NCBI GenBank assembly: GCA_040766265.1
Contig: JAXGQW010000012.1
Span: forward strand, 7,901 to 71,900
Length of the DNA: 64,000 bases
Reading direction: 5' to 3'
Source of the DNA: Verrucomicrobiota bacterium
GTDB lineage: Bacteria; Verrucomicrobiota; Verrucomicrobiia; Limisphaerales; J093
The position numbers and the translations under genes are program-made. Shown piece by piece: positions 17,746-29,408 of this stretch (positions are counted from its first letter, which is position 1; the number at the start of each line of letters is the position of its first letter). The notes below the pieces were generated by a model. That model was not told the origin of the DNA and did not search any database. It saw only the letters and a program-made list of their open reading frames with translations.

Positions 17746-18590
17746 CTCTCTCCGAAATGCGTCAGATTCTGACCGCCCGGCACATTCGCCTCACCAAATC
17801 GCTCGGTCAGAACTTCCTCCACGACGGCAACCAGCTCCGCCGCATGGTGGGCCTGGCTGCCCTGCGACCGAACGACCGAGTGATCGAGATCGGCCCGGGC
17901 CTCGGGCCGTTGACCGAACTCCTCCTGGCCGGGGCGCGTGAGGTGTTGGCCATCGAGAAGGACGCGCGTCTGGTCCGTTGTCTCGAGGAACGGTTCGCCG
18001 GAAACCACAGGCTCCGCCTGGTGCACGCGGACGCCCTCGATTTCCTCGCCGGGCATGCTGAGGACTGGGCCTCGTGGAAGCTTGTGGCTGCCCTCCCCTA
18101 CTCGGCCGCGTCGGACATTCTGATGACTCTCGCCCTGGCCCCGACGTGTCCGGAGCGGCTCGTCATCACCCTGCAACAGGAGGTCGCCCAACGCCTGTCC
18201 GCCGGACCGGGATCGCCGGACTATGGCATCCTGACCTTGATCGTCCGCCACAGGTATGCGCCCGCCGCTTCCTTCAGCATCCCGGCCAGTTGTTTCTTCC
18301 CCCCTCCCAAGATCACCACCACCTGCCTGGCTCTGGACCGGAGATCGGGACCTGGTTTCTCCGCGTTCGAACGGCGCACATTCGCAAGGTTGGTTCGGAG
18401 CGCTTTCTCGCAGCGCAGGAAGATGATGTTCAAGCTGCTCAGATCCGGCTGGGACGAAGACGCGCTGCGCGGCGCCTTCGAGGCCCTGGACCTGAGCCGG
18501 ACATGCCGGGCCGAGTCTCTCGATCTGGAGAGATTCGAGGCGCTGGCCCGGCTTCTGACGCCCTCGGGCGGGGATACGCAACGATCGTGA
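17742..18590 (+). CDS. rsmA: 16S rRNA (adenine1518-N6/adenine1519-N6)-dimethyltransferase
   Basis: 'LGQNFLHDGNQLRRMV' and 'VIEIGPGLGPLTELL'. Its ATG overlaps the upstream stop (ATGA at 17742-17745). Confidence 0.9.
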   Translation: MTLSEMRQILTARHIRLTKSLGQNFLHDGNQLRRMVGLAALRPNDRVIEIGPGLGPLTELLLAGAREVLAIEKDARLVRCLEERFAGNHRLRLVHADALDFLAGHAEDWASWKLVAALPYSAASDILMTLALAPTCPERLVITLQQEVAQRLSAGPGSPDYGILTLIVRHRYAPAASFSIPASCFFPPPKITTTCLALDRRSGPGFSAFERRTFARLVRSAFSQRRKMMFKLLRSGWDEDALRGAFEALDLSRTCRAESLDLERFEALARLLTPSGGDTQRS

Positions 18591-18616
18591 TGGAATCGAG
18601 GACCACAACTAATTAG

Positions 18617-21292
<2,676 letters not shown>

Positions 21293-21316
21293 AGCGTTCT
21301 ATCCCCATCGTCCCCT

Positions 21317-23989
21317 ATGCCCGAAGAGAGCCAAACGCCGCCCCCGCCCCCTCCGCCCGAGAGCCCCACGCCGCTCTACGCCGCGAACGAAAAGGTCGAG
21401 AAGATCAACGTCGCCGAGGAGATCAAGAACTCGTTCCTCGATTACTCGATGTCGGTGATCATCTCGCGCGCCCTGCCCGACGTGCGCGACGGACTCAAGC
21501 CGTCCCAGCGCCGCATCCTCTACGCGATGTTCCACGACTTGGGCCTGCTGCCGACCCGCCGACACCTCAAATGCGCCCGCATCGTCGGCGAAACGATGGG
21601 CAAATACCACCCGCACGGCGATCAGGCCATCTACCCGACCCTCGTCCACATGGCGCAGCCGTGGGCGATGCGGGACACGCTGGTCGATGGACAGGGGAAC
21701 TTCGGATCCGTCGAAAACGACCCGCCGGCGGCAATGCGTTACACCGAGGCCCGCATGACGCACCTCGGCGCGGTGTTGATGGAGGATCTGGACAAGCAGA
21801 CGGTCGATTTCGCGGCGACCTACGACGAGGAACACGAGGAACCGGTGGTGCTGCCCGCGGCGTTCCCGAACCTGCTGGTCAACGGCGGCACCGGCATCGC
21901 CGTGGGCATGGCGACCAACATGGCCCCGCACAACCTGGGCGAAGTGGTCGATGCAATCTGCGGCCAGATCGATAACCCGGGCATCACCATTCCCCAGTTG
22001 ATGAAGCACATCAAGGGCCCGGACTTCCCAACCGGCTGCATGGTGTGCGGGCTCGAAGGCATCCGCCAGTACTTCGCCACCGGCCGGGGCAGCGTCAAGA
22101 TTCGCGGGCGGGTCGGGGTCGAGCAGCTTAAGGGCGGACGCGAGCAGATTATCGTCACGGAAATCCCATACAACGTCAATCGAGCGCAACTGGTCGAGCG
22201 GATCGCGACGCTCGTTAATGAAGGCGAACTCAAGGAGTTCAAGGACATCACGGCCGTCCGCGACGAGTCGGACGAGAACACGCGGGTGGTGATCGAGTTG
22301 AAGCGGGATGCCGTGGCGAAGGTGGTGATCAACAACCTCTACCGCCACACGGCGCTCGAAACGAGCTTCGCCGTCAATGCCCTCGCCATCGACCATGGAC
22401 GGCCCAAGACCCTCAATCTCAAGGAACTGATCAATTGCTACATCGAGCACCGACGCGAGGTGATCCTGCGCCGGACCCGATACCTCCTCGGCAAGGCCGA
22501 GGAGCGGGCCGAGGTGCTCGAAGGTTACCTGGCCGCAATCGCCAATCTCGACGAGTTCATCCGGATCATCCGCACCTCGAGAACCCGCGACGAGGCCAAG
22601 GTCAAACTGCTCGCCTTCGAGTGGACCCGGCTCCAGGTCGAAAGCTGGGGAATCCGGATTCGCCAGGAAGCCCGGCTGGTCAACGGCCGATACAGCCTCA
22701 CGGAGCGCCAGGTGGACGAGATCCTCAACCTGCGCCTCTATCAACTGACCGGACTCGAGATCGACAAGGTCGCGGCCGAGTACAAGGCCTTGCTCGAAAC
22801 CATCCACGATCTGCTCGACATCCTGGCCAAGGAAGCGCGCGTGTTCGCCATCATCAAGGCCGAGTTGCAGGCTGTGAAGGCGAAGAATGCCACGCCCCGC
22901 CTGACGGATTTGGTGCCCGACGAGGGCGAGATTGCCATCGAGGATCTGATCGCCAACGAGGGCGTCATCATCACGATGACCCACAACAGCCTCATCAAGC
23001 GCACCGCTATCTCCTCCTACCGCGCCCAGCGCCGCGGGGGCAAGGGTGTGATCGGCATGACGGCGCGCGAGAACTCGGCCGTCGAGGGCGACGCGCCCGA
23101 TTTCATCGAGCGGCTCTTCACCGCCAGCACGCACGATTACCTCATGTTCTTCACCAACACGGGGCGGGTCTACGTCGAGCGCGTGCACGAAATCCCCGAC
23201 ATGGGCCGCGCCGCCAAAGGACGCAGCATCGCCAACCTCCTCGAACTCCAGGCGGGCGAGAAGGTGACCGCGCTCATCCGCATCGAGAGCAAGACCGGGC
23301 CGGCCAAGGAGGATGTCACGTGGCAGCAGCCCGGTTGCATCTTCTTCGCCACCCAGTCGGGCACCGTCAAGAAGACCGCCCTGGCCGAGTTCGCCAACGT
23401 GCGCCGCGGCGGCATCATCGCCATCGGCATCGAGCCCGGCGACACGCTCATCGATGTCCGCTACACCCGCGGCACCGACGAGGTCGTCCTCATCACCCGC
23501 GGCGGCATGAGCATCCGCTTCTCCGAGGAGGACGTCCGTTCGATGGGCCGGCCCGCGACCGGCGTCCGCGGCATCTCCCTCGATCCCGAAGACCGCGTCG
23601 TGGCGGCCGCCGTGGTGGATCCGGAAGCGACCTTGCTCGTCGCGGGCGAGAACGGCCTTGGCAAGCGCACCCGCTTCGAGGAGTACCGCATCCAGTCGCG
23701 CGGCGGCAAAGGCATCATCACCATGAAGACCACCGAGCGCACCGGCGGCGTCCTGGGCGCCCTCACCGTCCGGGAAGCCGACGAGGTCATGCTGATCACC
23801 GCCGGCGGTCAGATGGTGCGGATCGCCGCCAGGGACATCCGTGAGACCGGACGGAATGCGCAGGGGGTCAAACTGATTGACCTCGACGAAAGTGACCGCC
23901 TGCAGGGCATCGCGCCCGTCATCAGCGAGGAGAAGGAAGAAGACGCCGAGGATAACTCGGCCCCGCCGTCAGCGCCACCGACGGACTGA
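21317..23989 (+). CDS. gyrA: DNA gyrase subunit A
   Basis: 'DYSMSVIISRALPDVRDGLKPSQRRILYAM', 'GKYHPHGDQAIY' and C-terminal beta-pinwheel repeats. Confidence 0.97.
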   Translation: MPEESQTPPPPPPPESPTPLYAANEKVEKINVAEEIKNSFLDYSMSVIISRALPDVRDGLKPSQRRILYAMFHDLGLLPTRRHLKCARIVGETMGKYHPHGDQAIYPTLVHMAQPWAMRDTLVDGQGNFGSVENDPPAAMRYTEARMTHLGAVLMEDLDKQTVDFAATYDEEHEEPVVLPAAFPNLLVNGGTGIAVGMATNMAPHNLGEVVDAICGQIDNPGITIPQLMKHIKGPDFPTGCMVCGLEGIRQYFATGRGSVKIRGRVGVEQLKGGREQIIVTEIPYNVNRAQLVERIATLVNEGELKEFKDITAVRDESDENTRVVIELKRDAVAKVVINNLYRHTALETSFAVNALAIDHGRPKTLNLKELINCYIEHRREVILRRTRYLLGKAEERAEVLEGYLAAIANLDEFIRIIRTSRTRDEAKVKLLAFEWTRLQVESWGIRIRQEARLVNGRYSLTERQVDEILNLRLYQLTGLEIDKVAAEYKALLETIHDLLDILAKEARVFAIIKAELQAVKAKNATPRLTDLVPDEGEIAIEDLIANEGVIITMTHNSLIKRTAISSYRAQRRGGKGVIGMTARENSAVEGDAPDFIERLFTASTHDYLMFFTNTGRVYVERVHEIPDMGRAAKGRSIANLLELQAGEKVTALIRIESKTGPAKEDVTWQQPGCIFFATQSGTVKKTALAEFANVRRGGIIAIGIEPGDTLIDVRYTRGTDEVVLITRGGMSIRFSEEDVRSMGRPATGVRGISLDPEDRVVAAAVVDPEATLLVAGENGLGKRTRFEEYRIQSRGGKGIITMKTTERTGGVLGALTVREADEVMLITAGGQMVRIAARDIRETGRNAQGVKLIDLDESDRLQGIAPVISEEKEEDAEDNSAPPSAPPTD

Positions 23990-24040
23990 TACTTGAGTCA
24001 GGTTGCGGCTGTCGATGTTGACCGGGTCTATCTTTGTTTT

Positions 24041-24071
24041 CACCACGAAGGACACGAAGGGCACGAAGAGG
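24041..24071. repeat. inverted partial copy of the TTCGTG-repeat unit
   Basis: 'caccacgaaggacacgaagggcacgaagagg' is the reverse complement of three (C/T)TTCGTG units. Confidence 0.7.
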
Positions 24072-24150
24072 AAAGCAGCGTTGCATGCGAAGCGGTCCGC
24101 TCACTCCCCGGCGACCGGGAACCTGGAGTATGAATGGGATGGTCTCACTC

Positions 24151-24197
24151 CCCCTTCGTGTTCTTCGTGCTCTTCGTGGTAGTTTGTCTTCACAACA
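24151..24197. repeat. 47-nt direct repeat (copy 1), covers the stop codon and 3' flank of the GxxExxY gene
   Basis: 'ccccttcgtgttcttcgtgctcttcgtggtagtttgtcttcacaaca' is 46/47 identical to 24582-24628. Confidence 0.9.
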
Positions 24198-24573
24198 CAA
24201 AGCGTTTGATGCCGTCCTTGAGCAGCGGGACATTGAAGTTGATCAACAGGCCGATATTGAGTTTTGCCAGCTTCAGGTATGTCAGCAGTTGAGCTTCGTG
24301 GATGGGCTCGATGGCGGCGACCGCCTTCAACTCGACAACAATCTTGCGGTCCACGAGCAGGTCCAGCCGATAGCCGCAGTCGATCAGAATGCCCTTATAG
24401 CTCACTGGCATCGGCTTCTGGCGCTCATACGGGATGCCCTGCAAGGTCAGTTCATGCGCCAGGCATTGTTCATATGCGGACTCCAAGAGCCCCGGCCCAA
24501 GTTCCCGGTGGACCTCGATGGCGCAGCCGATAATCTTCTTCGAAAGACCGTCGAACTCAATCGCACCCTTCAT
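24190..24573 (-). CDS. GxxExxY protein (PD-(D/E)xK nuclease superfamily)
   Basis: 'IIGCAIEVHRELGPGLLESAYEQCLAHEL'. A start at ATG 24573 gives about 127 aa with GGAG 8-9 nt upstream. The ORF-track start (GTG 24624) would add a HEEHEEHEG tail encoded by the repeat. Confidence 0.85.
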   Translation of the reverse strand: MKGAIEFDGLSKKIIGCAIEVHRELGPGLLESAYEQCLAHELTLQGIPYERQKPMPVSYKGILIDCGYRLDLLVDRKIVVELKAVAAIEPIHEAQLLTYLKLAKLNIGLLINFNVPLLKDGIKRFVL

Positions 24574-24581
24574 CTCATTCT

Positions 24582-24628
24582 CCCCTTCGTGTTCTTCGTG
24601 CTCTTCGTGGTGGTTTGTCTTCACAACA
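24582..24628. repeat. 47-nt direct repeat (copy 2), immediately 5' of the GxxExxY gene
   Basis: See 24151-24197. The reverse complement begins 'tgttgtga', which looks like the last codons and stop of another GxxExxY-type gene. Confidence 0.9.
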
Positions 24629-24669
24629 AACGGTGAAGATGTGACCCCTCGACGCTTCTTCGCGGTTGG

Positions 24670-25695
24670 TCAGGTCTGTGTATGGAGGTCGCGGAGTTGG
24701 GCCACGGAGGCGGTGCCGGTGGTGCCCAGTTGGTGAATGACAATCGACGCCGCGAGACTGGCCAGTTCGAGCGCCTCGCGCACCGACGCCCCCGCCGCGA
24801 GCGCCGCCGCGAGATTCGCCGTGACGGCGTCGCCCGCGCCCACAATGTCGATGTCGCCCCGCAACGGCAGCGCGGGCACATGCTCGGACGCGCCGTCCGG
24901 GCAGGCGCCAATCATGCCGTGCTCGGCGAGCGTGACAAACACCGGGCGCCCATGACCTCGAGCGAGGGTCAGCGCCGCCTGGCGGACGGACGCAGCGTCC
25001 GCGACATCCGCGGCTCCGCCGGTCAGGGCGGCAAGCTCGCGCGCATTCATCTTGAAGATGACGGGCGGGAAGCCCCGGAGGCCGCGCCGGCTGTCGGCCA
25101 GGATGGGCAACCGGGGGTGGTCCGCAGCCAGTCGGTTTACCGATGCCAGCACGCCGCGCGTGACGACTCCCGTGTCGGCCAGGTCCACCTGGTCGAGCAG
25201 GATCAACGCATCGATTTGTGGCGCCAGGGTTTCAACACTCTCGGCCAGCCGCTCCTCGATGTCGCGCGGCGTCGGCGTCCAGTTCTTGCTGTCGAGGCGG
25301 TTGAGTTCGACCGGCGGGCGTCCGGGTTCGATCACGAGGGGTTTGCAGTAGGTGAACGTGCGGCGCGCGCCTGTCGTCACGAAGAAATCCATCCGCACAC
25401 CGGGCATCCCGGCCAGGGCGCGCCGCAGTTCGAATCCCTCCCCGTCGTCTCCGCAGAACCCGACCGGATAGAGCGTTCCGAGGCCGAGGGCGACAAGGTT
25501 GTTGAGGATGGTGCCGGCGGCTCCCGGTTGGCCGCGCACGCGGACGACGTTGTGCACCGGCAGGCCGGTTTCGAGCGATGTCTCCGTCCGCCCCGGGTCA
25601 ATCTCGAGATAGCGGTCGAGGCAGAAATCGCCCGCGACCGCGACGCGGAGCCCGGAGTAGCGTCCGGTGAGTGTCGAGAACCGATCGGGGGTCAT
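24670..25695 (-). CDS. PfkB-family sugar kinase (RfaE domain I / HldA-like)
   Basis: 'VAVAGDFCLDRYLEIDP...GQPGAAGTILNNLVALGL' and the C-terminal 'DIVGAGDAVTA'. Start at ATG 25695 overlaps the upstream stop (ATGA). Confidence 0.8.
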   Translation of the reverse strand: MTPDRFSTLTGRYSGLRVAVAGDFCLDRYLEIDPGRTETSLETGLPVHNVVRVRGQPGAAGTILNNLVALGLGTLYPVGFCGDDGEGFELRRALAGMPGVRMDFFVTTGARRTFTYCKPLVIEPGRPPVELNRLDSKNWTPTPRDIEERLAESVETLAPQIDALILLDQVDLADTGVVTRGVLASVNRLAADHPRLPILADSRRGLRGFPPVIFKMNARELAALTGGAADVADAASVRQAALTLARGHGRPVFVTLAEHGMIGACPDGASEHVPALPLRGDIDIVGAGDAVTANLAAALAAGASVREALELASLAASIVIHQLGTTGTASVAQLRDLHTQT

Positions 25696-26816
25696 GGTGT
25701 TTTCGTCTTCGGTTTGTCGGCGAGCGCGTGGTAGAGATGATGCAGGAAGGCGACGTTGTCGCACTGGGCGTAATGCATCGTGCCGCCCATGCGCGCGTAG
25801 CTCTTGCAGAAGCGGAGGTAGTAGGCCGGGTTGTCGCGCGGGGGCTCGCCCCGCGTCCAGTCCCAGCGCCCGCCATCCTGCAGATCGACCACGTACAGCG
25901 TGTGTCCCTGGACAATCGGGCGTCCGGCCTGGATTCGAAGATTGTTCACGCAGCTCAGCGTCTTCTCGAAAACCTGCGGCCCCATGATCGCCGATCCGAT
26001 CGACATCACCACGCCGCCATCGAGTCCCTCGACCGCCGTTGCGAACCGGGCAAAATCGATGCCGCCCGCCCGCCCGATCGCCGCCCCATTGAACATGGGA
26101 TGAGTCGCGATGATGTCGTAGCCGATTCCGGGATGGACGGTCAGGGGAATCTCGTGCCGGAAGGCATTGGCCAGCACCGAGGCGTTTCGCCACCGATGCA
26201 GGACCATCAGGGGACCCGACGCAATCCCGAATTGGCGGATGGCGTGCAGCAATTCCACTCGGGCCGGGGTGAGTGGATGGTGCGGGTCGGCGCGCACCTG
26301 CGCCTCGAGATCGTCGGCTTTGGGCACCTGGCCGCCATCCTGGTAAATGAAGCGGCCCAGCGCCTGTCCATACCCTTCGCCCCTGAGCCCGCCCAGCAGC
26401 AGCGCCAGGTGGAGGCAGCGGCCTGTCTCGTCCCACGTGCCGAACGTGCCGGTGGCGACATTGGCGCGGACGCTCTCGGTGGAACGTCCGAGGAACGAGA
26501 ATTCCCAGTCGTGGATGGTGCCTGCGCCGTTGGTGGCCAGGTGGGTGAGATGGCCATGATCGAGCAACTGGACCAGGAGCAACTGCCCGCCATTCTTGAT
26601 GAGGTGGGCGCCGTAGATGAGCATCACGCTCGCCCCGCGTTGCCGGGCCTCGCGGATGCGCGCGGCGCACTCCCGCACCAGCCGCGCATTGGCGTCCGAA
26701 ACGGGCGGCGGATCGTTCGAGGGTTCAACGAGGATCTCATCGAGCCGGCTCAGGCTTTGGCGCTGTTCGAGAGGGAGCACGCGCACGCGGCGCAGGTCAA
26801 GGGTTTCGCCATTCAT
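25692..26816 (-). CDS. deoxyhypusine-synthase-like (DHS-like NAD-binding fold) protein, function unknown
   Basis: 'VMLIYGAHLIKNGGQLLLVQLLDHGHLTHLATNGAGTIHDWE' parallels the DHS segment 'FTSNLISSG..L...VD.LVTTAGG.EED'. The assignment is from memory only. Confidence 0.45.
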   Translation of the reverse strand: MNGETLDLRRVRVLPLEQRQSLSRLDEILVEPSNDPPPVSDANARLVRECAARIREARQRGASVMLIYGAHLIKNGGQLLLVQLLDHGHLTHLATNGAGTIHDWEFSFLGRSTESVRANVATGTFGTWDETGRCLHLALLLGGLRGEGYGQALGRFIYQDGGQVPKADDLEAQVRADPHHPLTPARVELLHAIRQFGIASGPLMVLHRWRNASVLANAFRHEIPLTVHPGIGYDIIATHPMFNGAAIGRAGGIDFARFATAVEGLDGGVVMSIGSAIMGPQVFEKTLSCVNNLRIQAGRPIVQGHTLYVVDLQDGGRWDWTRGEPPRDNPAYYLRFCKSYARMGGTMHYAQCDNVAFLHHLYHALADKPKTKTP

Positions 26817-26847
26817 GGATAGCCCATTCTAGAACGTTGGGCGCAGT

Positions 26848-26921
26848 CTAACCCGCATATTGGACGCCCCGTTCGTGCACAGGGCGGTCTGAATTCGCAA
26901 GCAGACTGCCATGCGGGCTAG
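26848..26921. repeat. 74-nt CTAG-element A6, lying inside the 3' end of the next CDS
   Basis: CTAACCCGCAT...ATGCGGGCTAG with an A-class interior. Confidence 0.9.
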
Positions 26922-28794
26922 ATCCGGGCTCCCCGAGAAGAACCGGAAGCAGTGTCAGGGCGTCCCGGAAGTCCGGGATGACCACGTCCGCGCCCACGCC
27001 CAGCAGGCGCTGCCGCTTCCACTCGTCGAACTGTCCCGAGCCGTTGTTGGCTTCGTCGCTGGCCACGGCGACGGCCAGGCCGCCGACCTCCTTCGTGTTT
27101 TGAATCTCGACGTAGCCGTCGCCGAACGAGAGCAACTGGGCGCCGTCGATACGGTTCTCCCGCAGGATGCGGTCGATCACCATCTTCTTCGAGAACTGTT
27201 TGTAGTCGTCGAGGGCGCCGTAGATGCGTGGGCCGAAGTACTGGGAGAGCCCCAGGGCCGCGGCCTCCTGTTTCACGAACACCTCGTCCGTCCCGCTGGC
27301 CAGGTAAAGCGAGAACCCGCGCCGCCGCAGCTCGTCGAGAAACGGGCGGGCTTCGAAGACGAGCAGATCGTCCGGCTCGAGCGTTCCGCCGGCGAGGGCG
27401 TCGATCCGATGGCGGATGCGGGCATCGAGCCGGCGCAGGTACTCGTGCTTGTACCAGAGCGGTTCGCGCGGCTCGCCTCCGCGCTCACGGATGCGCTCGG
27501 CCAGTTGGATCATCTGGTAGATCGTCTGCTTGCCGTTGAGCCGCATGATGTCCTCGAACGCCAACTGGCGCAGCGCCTCGGGCGTCTCGCCCGGTTGCGC
27601 CGGCAGCATCTCGACGAACATCGGCACCATCACATCCGGCCAGCCCTGCCGGATCAGCGACAGCGTGCCGTCAAAGTCGAACAGCACATGGCTGATGCCG
27701 GGGCGCGGCGCGAACGAGGGCGCGAATTCGACCAAACCGTGAAAAGACCCGCTTGCAGCCTGTTCTGGCGGTGTTGCGGCTTCGGGCTCGGGCCCTGTTT
27801 CCGCAATCTCGAGGTCTCCCGCTGCGGCCTCGGGGGTTTCGTTCGGCTCGATCAGGTGCGTTTCCTGCGGGCTGTCGATTGCCTGCGCCGGGCCGGACGA
27901 GACGCTGTCTCCCGGGGCGGCGGGCTGATCCGGGGAGTCGCCCGCGCTTCGAGGCGGCGATGGCTGGGGCAAGGCCTCGACCGATGACGTTGAGGCTGGC
28001 GCCGCGGCACCAGGTTGAACGGTCACGAGGGCGCGCCGGAGCAACTGACCCTGAAACACATGTCCGACGGCCACGGTCTCGAGCACCGTCGCGCCCTCGG
28101 GGACCGTCGCCTTCGCATCGGGCAACTGGTGCTTCTCGGGGTCGAAGGGCGTGCCCGGGGCGGCCACGATGGGGACCATGCCGACGCGGCGCGCGGCATC
28201 GCGGCAGGCGTTCTGAAACTGGGTGAACTCGTGGATGAGCCCGGCCTGGCCGGACCGCACGCCGGCCAGGTAGAGGGCGTAGACATTGTCCAGGATGCGG
28301 ACGAGGACCTGGAGCCAGTCGCCCTCGGCGCGGCGGAGTTTCGTGGCCTCGAGGCGCAGGTGATGGCGCTCGGAGTCCTCCGCTCTCTGCATGAAGGCCT
28401 GGAAGGCGCGCTGCTCCTCGGTCATGCGATCGATGACCTCGCGCGCCGCGGCGACCGTTTTGCCGGCGTGTTCGTGCGCCGTTTGCCACTGGCCGGTGGC
28501 GGTCTCGATGCGGCCCGCGACATCCTGGACCTGCTCGATTTGCCGGAGGGTGTCGGCCAGGCCATCCATCTCGACGAGCTTGAGTTCGGCGTGGTGCCGG
28601 AGGCGAAAGGGCCACACGGCCAGCATGGCGCCCAGGGCCACGCAGGCGGCAAAAGCGCACACCTCGATGGCTGTCATGGGCCGGTGCGCCTGCTGCCAGA
28701 TCACCAGGGCGGCTGCCACCAGGAGGAGGTCGCCGACAACAAAGGGCAGAAAGAGCTTTGCGCCCAGGTTCACTCGAGTGGTGCGGTCCGTCAT
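26848..28794 (-). CDS. membrane-anchored GrpE-like domain fused to a HAD-family hydrolase
   Basis: Two N-terminal TM helices and a coiled coil, then 'ILDNVYAL...GTPFDPEKHQ...VGHVFQGQLLRRALVTV' (GrpE C-terminal pattern). A Pro/Ala/Ser linker follows, then 'VLFDFDGTLS...ASGTD...SFGDG' (HAD motifs I-IV). Start at ATG 28794; the upstream part of the ORF-track ORF is repeat sequence. Confidence 0.75.
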   Translation of the reverse strand: MTDRTTRVNLGAKLFLPFVVGDLLLVAAALVIWQQAHRPMTAIEVCAFAACVALGAMLAVWPFRLRHHAELKLVEMDGLADTLRQIEQVQDVAGRIETATGQWQTAHEHAGKTVAAAREVIDRMTEEQRAFQAFMQRAEDSERHHLRLEATKLRRAEGDWLQVLVRILDNVYALYLAGVRSGQAGLIHEFTQFQNACRDAARRVGMVPIVAAPGTPFDPEKHQLPDAKATVPEGATVLETVAVGHVFQGQLLRRALVTVQPGAAAPASTSSVEALPQPSPPRSAGDSPDQPAAPGDSVSSGPAQAIDSPQETHLIEPNETPEAAAGDLEIAETGPEPEAATPPEQAASGSFHGLVEFAPSFAPRPGISHVLFDFDGTLSLIRQGWPDVMVPMFVEMLPAQPGETPEALRQLAFEDIMRLNGKQTIYQMIQLAERIRERGGEPREPLWYKHEYLRRLDARIRHRIDALAGGTLEPDDLLVFEARPFLDELRRRGFSLYLASGTDEVFVKQEAAALGLSQYFGPRIYGALDDYKQFSKKMVIDRILRENRIDGAQLLSFGDGYVEIQNTKEVGGLAVAVASDEANNGSGQFDEWKRQRLLGVGADVVIPDFRDALTLLPVLLGEPGSSPHGSLLANSDRPVHERGVQYAG

Positions 28795-28862
28795 GGGGCC
28801 GGAGGTTATGCCGGCGCACCCGCGGCTGGCCACGGAAAAGTTGCGTGAGGGCGGGGCGGGCG

Positions 28863-28995
28863 GTGCATGTGGTTGTTGTCGGTGCTTGTGTCGCCCGGTG
28901 AGGGCACCGGGGCTACACCGGTTGCAGACTCCCGGTGCAGGCCGCGTGCCCCCACGCAGCGCAAACCCGCTCCCCACCGACAATCTCCGATGCTG
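28863..28995. repeat. ~133-nt element E3 (inverted relative to E1/E2)
   Basis: Collinear with 35126-35258 and 51286-51418. Contains hairpins CCCGGTG-AGGG-CACCGGG and GCCGCGTG-CCCC-CACGC(A)GC. Confidence 0.85.
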
Positions 28996-29405
28996 TAGGC
29001 CGCGCCCTCACGCGGCGCGAGGACGACATCGGGGACGCCGGGTGGGACCCGGCCTACAAATGAACGGACACCGATGCTGTAGGCCGCGTGCCCTCACGCG
29101 GCGCGAGGACAGACATCGGTGCGGACGCCGGGTCAGGGGACCCGGCCTACAAATGAACGGACACCGATGCTGTAGGCCGCGTGCCCTCACGCGGCGCGAG
29201 GAGACATCGGTGCGACGCCGGGTCGGGGACCCGGCCTAAGAACGGACACCGGCAGGCCGCGTGCCCTCACGCGGCGCGAGGACAGACATCGGTGCAGACG
29301 CCGGGTCAGGGGACCCGGCCTACAAATGAACGGACACCGATGCTGTAGGCCGCGTGCCCTCACGCGGCGCGAGGGCAGCCATCGGTGCGGACGCCGGGCC
29401 AGGGG
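28987..29405. repeat. tandem array, about 5 units of 84-93 bp, hairpin-rich
   Basis: Unit starts (CCGATGCTGTAGGCCGCG) at 28987, 29071, 29164, 29249 (degenerate) and 29337. Each unit holds GCCGCGTG-CCCT-CACGCGGC and GCCGGGTC-AGGG-GACCCGGC hairpins. Confidence 0.9.
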
Positions 29406-29408
29406 AGA

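Noticed and set aside
16185-18590. 801-aa ORF spanning the end of queE, the aminotransferase and rsmA
   Set aside because: Only its last 283 codons (rsmA) are genuine. The upstream part is an out-of-frame read through the aminotransferase gene.
28987-29405. CRISPR array
   Set aside because: The whole 84-93-bp unit repeats, including the would-be spacers, which are near-identical between units. No cas genes are present. It is a tandem repeat of a hairpin module.
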